From assembly GCA_963662795.1 (NCBI GenBank), contig OY759746.1, positions 2,976,001-3,040,000 on the forward strand: DNA of 64,000 bases, given 5' to 3'. The translations under genes were made by a program, and so were the position numbers. Positions 58,510 to 64,000 of the stretch are shown one piece after another. Each line of letters starts with the position of its first letter. Within the stretch, counting starts at the first letter, position 1. This stretch comes from Spirochaetia bacterium (GTDB lineage: Bacteria; Spirochaetota; Spirochaetia; CADAEX01). The notes below the pieces were generated by a model, which saw only the letters and a list, made by a program, of their open reading frames with translations, made no database searches and was not told the origin of the DNA.

Positions 58510-60009
58510 ATGAACGAATATATTTTATCAATAGACCAGGGAACAACTGCTACAAAAGTGGTCCTCTACACCTTAAATGGGGATATTATGGCAATAAGCA
58601 CTCAGCCTGTTAAGCAGTATTATCCTCAGGACGGATGGGTGGAGCATGATCCCTATAATATCCTTGATTCCATAAAAATTGGAATCAGGGATATATTATG
58701 CAAAACTGAAATAACGAAAGATCAAATACTCGCTATTGGAATAGATAATCAGGGCGAAACAATAATTCCTTTTGATCGAAAAACCGGGGAACCATTATAT
58801 AATGCCATAGTCTGGCAGGATAGAAGGACCAGTCAATTCTGCAACCGGATGAAAGATGTTCTTGATGAAGCAATTATTACAGAAAAGACAGGGTTATTCC
58901 TTGATCCCTATTTTTCAGCACCCAAAATGAACTGGCTGATAAAAAACGTTGATAAAGTGAAAGAATCAATCAATAAAGGAAACGCAGTTATTGCAACATC
59001 GGATGTGTGGTTGTTGTATATGATAACAGGCAGACAATCGATAATGACTGATGTTACAACAGCTTCGAGAACATTATTGTTCAATATCAACGAATTGCAA
59101 TGGGATAATGAACTACTGGAATTATTTGAAATTCCTGAAAATGTGCTGCCGAAAATAGTGCCGTCTTCCTGGTTTTTTGGATTATCTGACCCTTCGGTAT
59201 GCGAAGGAATATCTGCACCTATTCATTCATCTGTGGTAGATCAGCAGGCTTCTCTTTTTGGCCACACGTGTTTTAATAAAGGAGAAGCCAAGATTACTTA
59301 CGGTACAGGAGGATTCCTGTTACTTAACACGGGTAAAGAAAGACTGAAATTAAATGACAGGATTTCTACAACAATTGCAGCTCAATATAATGATGAGATA
59401 AATTATGCCATAGACGGCGGAGTATATTGTGTCGCGTCCTGTATAAACTGGCTTATTAACGAATTGAAAATTGTATCCAGTCCGCAGGAATTAAGTGAGA
59501 TAAAATTTGATTTAAAAAATCCCTGCAGCACCTATTTTGTTCCATCAATGGCCGGTATTTCTGCACCATACTGGAAATCCGACTTGAAAGGAGCTTTTTT
59601 AGGATTATCACTTAATACAGGAGGGAATGATTTAATCAGGGCCATGATAGAGGGTATTGCCTACAGGTTTATGGATCTTGTTGAAATTATCAGAAATAAC
59701 GGGTTCGGGGAAATCTCATCAATATCTGTTGACGGCGGGGTAAGCAGAAATGATTTTCTTATGCAGTACCAGTCTGATCTTCTGGGTGTGAAAATGCAGA
59801 GACCTGCTGTACGTGAAACAACTTCACTGGGTTCTTTTTATCTGGCTGGATTGAAAACCGGAATATGGAATGATGTGAAGTCATTAAAAGAGAAAAAAGT
59901 AGATGAAAAAATATTTATACCGGAAAGTAATAATTCAGAAATAATACAAAACTATATAATATGGCAGAAAGCAGTAAAAGCAATTATTAACTGGCATGAT
60001 AGTTTTTAA
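58510..60009 (+). CDS. FGGY family kinase, glycerol kinase-like with an altered substrate site
   Basis: IDQGTT, GWVEHDP, AIVWQDRRT, DPYFSAPK, DQQASLFG, KITYGTG, VDGG; DNQGET replaces TNQRET. Confidence 0.9.
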   Translation: MNEYILSIDQGTTATKVVLYTLNGDIMAISTQPVKQYYPQDGWVEHDPYNILDSIKIGIRDILCKTEITKDQILAIGIDNQGETIIPFDRKTGEPLYNAIVWQDRRTSQFCNRMKDVLDEAIITEKTGLFLDPYFSAPKMNWLIKNVDKVKESINKGNAVIATSDVWLLYMITGRQSIMTDVTTASRTLLFNINELQWDNELLELFEIPENVLPKIVPSSWFFGLSDPSVCEGISAPIHSSVVDQQASLFGHTCFNKGEAKITYGTGGFLLLNTGKERLKLNDRISTTIAAQYNDEINYAIDGGVYCVASCINWLINELKIVSSPQELSEIKFDLKNPCSTYFVPSMAGISAPYWKSDLKGAFLGLSLNTGGNDLIRAMIEGIAYRFMDLVEIIRNNGFGEISSISVDGGVSRNDFLMQYQSDLLGVKMQRPAVRETTSLGSFYLAGLKTGIWNDVKSLKEKKVDEKIFIPESNNSEIIQNYIIWQKAVKAIINWHDSF

Positions 60010-60115
60010 ATCTGAATATGCTTTAATAATTTTAACAACCTTTTTATCTGAAAATTCAGGGTTTCAGACTTGGCAACATTTATCAGTTCTATATAATTAC
60101 TGAAGGTTGGGATCT

Positions 60116-61054
60116 ATGAACATCGAACATCTTAAAATTTTTTATTATACTGCGAAATTTAAAAATTTTACTAAAGCTGCTGAATTTTTAAATATTACTC
60201 AACCGTCTGTAACAAGACTGATCTATGAATTCCAGGATAAACTTGGCCTTGTTTTGATTAATAAAAACGGAAAAAGCTTTGTACTGACAGATCCCGGTAA
60301 AAAAATTTATGAAATGGCTGAAAAAATATTTGAAATAGAATTAAAAATTGAAGAATGCGTCAGAGACATAAAACAGCAGAAATCAGGAATTATAAATATA
60401 TTAACAACAGAGACATACGGCGCTCATTTTATGCCGGAATTTCTGGTTGAATACAAGAGGCTGTATCCCGGAATTTTATTAAATGTAACAACCTTGCCCA
60501 ATGATCAGGTAGTTGAACTTACAAGCCATCTTGAATGTGATTTCGGAATTATATCAAAAAAACTTAAAAACCAGAAATTACTTGTAAAAAATCTTCTTGA
60601 GGAAAAAATTGTTCTTATATCGGCGCCTGGTAAACCTCTGGCGAAACGAAAGGAATTAAGCCCTCAGGAAGTAAACAATCTTCCAATTATTTTGTTTGAA
60701 GAAGAATGCGGCACAAACGAAGCTGTCATGAAATTCAAGAAAAAAAATAATCTGGAATTCGATGTAAGATGTATATTTTCCAACAGCGAATCAGTAAAAA
60801 GCCTTGTGAAAAAAGGACTTGGGTACGCGTTTATATCAAGAAATGTTATTAAAAATGAGGTTGCCAGAAATGAACTTGTTGAAATCAACGTACTTGATGA
60901 GACTCTTGTAAGGCAGTTTTATATTATTTATCATAAAGAAAAATATATCTCCAATACATTAAAGACTTTTATTGATATCATGATTGAGTGGTCTGATAAA
61001 TATACAGAAAAAATAAAACAGGAAATAACACGAATTAATTTAAAAAAGTCATAA
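60116..61054 (+). CDS. LysR family transcriptional regulator
   Basis: NFTKAAEFLNITQPSVT HTH; LTDPG; about 312 aa. Confidence 0.94.
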   Translation: MNIEHLKIFYYTAKFKNFTKAAEFLNITQPSVTRLIYEFQDKLGLVLINKNGKSFVLTDPGKKIYEMAEKIFEIELKIEECVRDIKQQKSGIINILTTETYGAHFMPEFLVEYKRLYPGILLNVTTLPNDQVVELTSHLECDFGIISKKLKNQKLLVKNLLEEKIVLISAPGKPLAKRKELSPQEVNNLPIILFEEECGTNEAVMKFKKKNNLEFDVRCIFSNSESVKSLVKKGLGYAFISRNVIKNEVARNELVEINVLDETLVRQFYIIYHKEKYISNTLKTFIDIMIEWSDKYTEKIKQEITRINLKKS

Positions 61055-61068
61055 TGAAGCATGAATAG

Positions 61069-61197
61069 CACTTTTCTGAGTTCCTCAAAATATCTTCATC
61101 AAAAGACCCGGAAGAAAAGTTCGGCATTCATGAAAAAGGGATACCGTGCTCAGGCGTTAAATGTCCTGTCTGTAATACAAATTTAGAAAGAGATTAA
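61069..61197 (+). pseudogene. start-less 3' remnant of a small Cys-rich (zinc-ribbon-like) gene
   Basis: open frame ...HEKGIPCSGVKCPVCNTNLERD* with no ATG/GTG/TTG, preceded by an in-frame TAG at 61066. Confidence 0.45.
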
Positions 61198-61205
61198 TTC
61201 TTTTT

Positions 61206-62636
61206 CTAAATTACTTCAACTTTCATCATATTAACCTTATTTGATTCAAGCAGCGGAATACCAGCCACAAAAATAACAGTATCTCCGGTTTTGATATATC
61301 CAAGTTTCAGGGCAAGTTCTTTTGCCCTTTTCAGGGTTGAGTCAGTATCTGACATATTGTCAATCAGCTCACCTTTTACCCCCCATACCATGATCAGGTG
61401 TTTTATTATTTTTTCCTTTTCAACAAAGGCGATGACAGGCGTATTTATCCGGAACCTTGAAAGCATTCTCGCTGTTTTACCTGTTTTTGTGATGACAATT
61501 ATGGCAGCTGAGTCAATATCAACTGCAAATGAACAGACTGCTCTTGTCATGTTGTTGACAAGAAAATCGCTGGAGTTTTCATCTTTATTTCTCCTCAGTC
61601 TCATCCGGTTAGTATAAAAACCTTTTTTTTCAGCTTTCCCGCAGATCCTTTTCATCATGGATACAGTTTCAACCGGGTAGTTTCCAACAGAAGTTTCACC
61701 GCTCAGCATGACAGCGTCGGTGCCGTCAAGAACTGCATTGGCTACATCGCTTGCTTCTGCCCTTGTAGGGCGCGGGGAGCTTATCATGGATTCAAGCATT
61801 TGTGTTGCAGTGATAACAGGTTTGTTCTTTTCTATGCATTTGGAAATTATCATTTTTTGAATCATCGGTACTTCTTCAGGAAGAACTTCAACTCCGAGAT
61901 CTCCACGTGCAATCATTACAGCATCGCTTTCCTCACAGATTGAATCAATATCATTAACAGCAGCAGGTCTTTCAATTTTTGCTATGACAGGTATATCTGA
62001 GGTCTTTCTGATAATAATTGATTTAAGCTCTCTTATGTCAGCGCCGCTTGTAACAAATGACATTGCGAAAAAGTCAGCTCCGATTTTTATCCCGAAATCG
62101 ATATCTTTTCTGTCTTTTTCTGTTATAAGCGGGGTTGATATTTTAGTTCCAGGAAGGTTTATTCCTTTTCTGGACTGGATCAGTCCGCCGTCAATTACTT
62201 TACATATAACATCAGTATCTGTTGTATCAATTACTTCGAGTTTGATAAGGCCGTCATTGATCAGAACCGGGTCTCCTTTTTGAACATCAGACGGAAGATT
62301 TTTATAGCTGGTTGAGACCCTCTCTCTGGTTCCTGTAATGTTTTCTGAAGTAATAATTAATTCTTCACCTTTTGATATTTCAAAAGGCTCCTTCATTTCT
62401 CCGAGTCTTAGTTTTGGTCCACAGAGGTCAGCAATAATAGGTATCGGGTACCCGATCATCTTTTCGGCCTTCCTGATGTTTTCAACAATCGCCAGTTTGC
62501 TTTCGTCGGAACCGTGTGACATGTTGATTCTTGCAATATTCATTCCGTTTCGGGCAAGTTTAATTATTGTTTCCGTTTCAGCTGAGGCCGGGCCTATTGT
62601 GCATATGATTTTTGTTTTGTTGAACAGTACCGGCAT
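61206..62636 (-). CDS. pyk: pyruvate kinase
   Basis: KTKIICTIGP, ARINMSHG, IAKIE, MIARGDLGVE, ATQMLESM, PTRAE, DAVMLSGET. Confidence 0.98.
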   Translation of the reverse strand: MPVLFNKTKIICTIGPASAETETIIKLARNGMNIARINMSHGSDESKLAIVENIRKAEKMIGYPIPIIADLCGPKLRLGEMKEPFEISKGEELIITSENITGTRERVSTSYKNLPSDVQKGDPVLINDGLIKLEVIDTTDTDVICKVIDGGLIQSRKGINLPGTKISTPLITEKDRKDIDFGIKIGADFFAMSFVTSGADIRELKSIIIRKTSDIPVIAKIERPAAVNDIDSICEESDAVMIARGDLGVEVLPEEVPMIQKMIISKCIEKNKPVITATQMLESMISSPRPTRAEASDVANAVLDGTDAVMLSGETSVGNYPVETVSMMKRICGKAEKKGFYTNRMRLRRNKDENSSDFLVNNMTRAVCSFAVDIDSAAIIVITKTGKTARMLSRFRINTPVIAFVEKEKIIKHLIMVWGVKGELIDNMSDTDSTLKRAKELALKLGYIKTGDTVIFVAGIPLLESNKVNMMKVEVI

Positions 62637-62845
62637 TAATTACTCCTGATTTTTAAATCATCATCACTATTATGTTCGGTATATTGTAATTCTTTTATCT
62701 GTTAATCGCAAATAAAATTAAAAAACCTTTCCCCCTTGAGTATAAAGATGTGGTATCCCTTTTATTTGCCTTTTTATGTATAATTACTTCCACAAAACCT
62801 GATATAACTGATATTATTGAACAAAACAGAACAGGAGCAGCAGTC

Positions 62846-63919
62846 ATGGGGAAAAAAATAATACTAAAGGCAACAGATCTGGACGGATACCTGGGCGGAA
62901 CCGATAAGGGATATCTTGCTCAGATGAATTCATATTACGAAAAAGCGACTGAAATATTCAAAACCATAGACAGCCGGAATCTTAAAAACCCTGATGACAA
63001 TGACAGAAACAATCTTATAGAGATCTTTAATAAAATGGGTGAATTCATGAAGGAAATTGTTTCAGGCGAACCCCGCATAAGGGTTTATTCCTTTGAAACG
63101 CCTGTTTCAATTCACGGCGAGGCATCGCGCCTGATTGCCAAACTTCGGGATGTCAACACCAAACACAGGGAATTTCTTTATTATACACAAAGAGCTTATG
63201 AACTTCTTTTTAACCTCTCCCTTTACGGCGGGGATCAGACTAAAAGACACTATCTTGTGGTGAAAACTCCTGTAAAAACTCCTGTTCAGAACTATGCGGT
63301 CCATAAAATACCGTATATTGATGAGGATCTTAAAAACAGCGTCATGTGCGTAATGCTCCGCGGCGCGCTCCTGCCGTCGATTATAATGTCAAAGGAAATA
63401 CAGGAATATTCTTCTGACAACTATGTAACTCCGTTTGCCCTTTTCAGGATTAAAAGGGATGATACGAAGAAAGAACATAACATGGAATATATACTTGATC
63501 TTGAGAAATCGTATTTTGACCTTGAATGCATGAATGGAAAAGACCTTATTTTCGCGGATCCGATGAACGCGACAGGGGGCAGTTTTGTCACAATAATAAA
63601 ATACCTGATGGACCAGGGGGTAAAACCCAGGTCGGTCAAATTTTTCAATGTTATCTCTTCCCTGAAAGGGACCCTCAGAATAGTAAGGGCGCTTGAAAAT
63701 GTTACAGTATATACACTCTGGATGGATCCTGTGATGAATGAACTTGCATACATTCTACCCGGGCTCGGGGATGCCGGGGACAGGCTCAACGGAGAGGATG
63801 AACCTGATTACCCGAGAAATATTATTCAGCTGATTGCTGATTACGGTTCTGTTGTCTCAGACCTTTACAGGGCGCAGATAAGGAAGATTGAGGAAACTGT
63901 ACTTTCTGCTGGAGTATAA
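62846..63919 (+). CDS. upp: uracil phosphoribosyltransferase, long spirochete type
   Basis: MLRGA, ADPMNATGGS (PRPP loop), YILPGLGDAGDRL; start at ATG 62846 after AGGAG. Confidence 0.85.
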   Translation: MGKKIILKATDLDGYLGGTDKGYLAQMNSYYEKATEIFKTIDSRNLKNPDDNDRNNLIEIFNKMGEFMKEIVSGEPRIRVYSFETPVSIHGEASRLIAKLRDVNTKHREFLYYTQRAYELLFNLSLYGGDQTKRHYLVVKTPVKTPVQNYAVHKIPYIDEDLKNSVMCVMLRGALLPSIIMSKEIQEYSSDNYVTPFALFRIKRDDTKKEHNMEYILDLEKSYFDLECMNGKDLIFADPMNATGGSFVTIIKYLMDQGVKPRSVKFFNVISSLKGTLRIVRALENVTVYTLWMDPVMNELAYILPGLGDAGDRLNGEDEPDYPRNIIQLIADYGSVVSDLYRAQIRKIEETVLSAGV

Positions 63920-64000
63920 ATGGGTTTAGAGCTTAAAAAAATCATATTTTTTGGTTTGCTGATCCTTTTTTTGTTGACAGGCTGTGCCGGCGGCCTTTCA
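63920..64000 (+). CDS. 5' end of a lipoprotein gene (truncated by the window)
   Basis: MGLELKKIIFFGLLILFLLTGCAGGLS, lipobox LTGC. Confidence 0.7.
   Translation, partial: MGLELKKIIFFGLLILFLLTGCAGGLS

Noticed and set aside
58510-60009. Calling this glpK
   Set aside because: The glycerol-binding Arg motif is altered and no glpF/glpD is adjacent
53860-61205. Active integrative element at tRNA-Glu
   Set aside because: No integrase, and no repeat of the tRNA 3' end was seen near 61054-61205
1-64000. CRISPR array, IS/transposase, prophage, rRNA
   Set aside because: No regularly spaced repeats or corresponding genes were seen; nearly all of the sequence is explained by the listed genes

Overview
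Chromosomal window from a bacterium that looks like a free-living spirochete (Spirochaetota). This is inferred from the Treponema-type long UPRTase, the MCP style, a binding-protein leader ending FAFAGGKKE, many spirochaetal lipoboxes and tRNAs lacking encoded CCA. Housekeeping content: msrA, metA, fabZ, dsbD/tlpA, rsmA, dapA/dapB, pta, mtaB, tRNA-Lys/tRNA-Glu, pyk, upp. Several regulated nutrient-uptake/catabolic cassettes are interspersed. I found no integrase, transposase, phage gene or CRISPR array. Main candidates for something new: (1) 54192-61054, right after tRNA-Glu: an Arg-less amino-alcohol-type TRAP transporter, a GlpK-like kinase whose glycerol-binding TNQRET motif reads DNQGET, and a PhnW-like aminotransferase, together suggesting an undescribed amino-polyol (serinol-like) catabolic route. 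(2) 25559-38245: an 8-gene envelope operon with two divergent RND permeases, MFP, TolC, two Ig-like repeat lipoproteins, a TPR lipoprotein and an unknown lipoprotein. (3) A FabX-like [4Fe-4S] flavoenzyme divergent from a probable intramembrane-sensing two-component system. (4) An unannotated 26-aa hydrophobic peptide gene with its own RBS and terminator and a possible antisense promoter. All functional calls come from reading motifs by eye; no searches were run.
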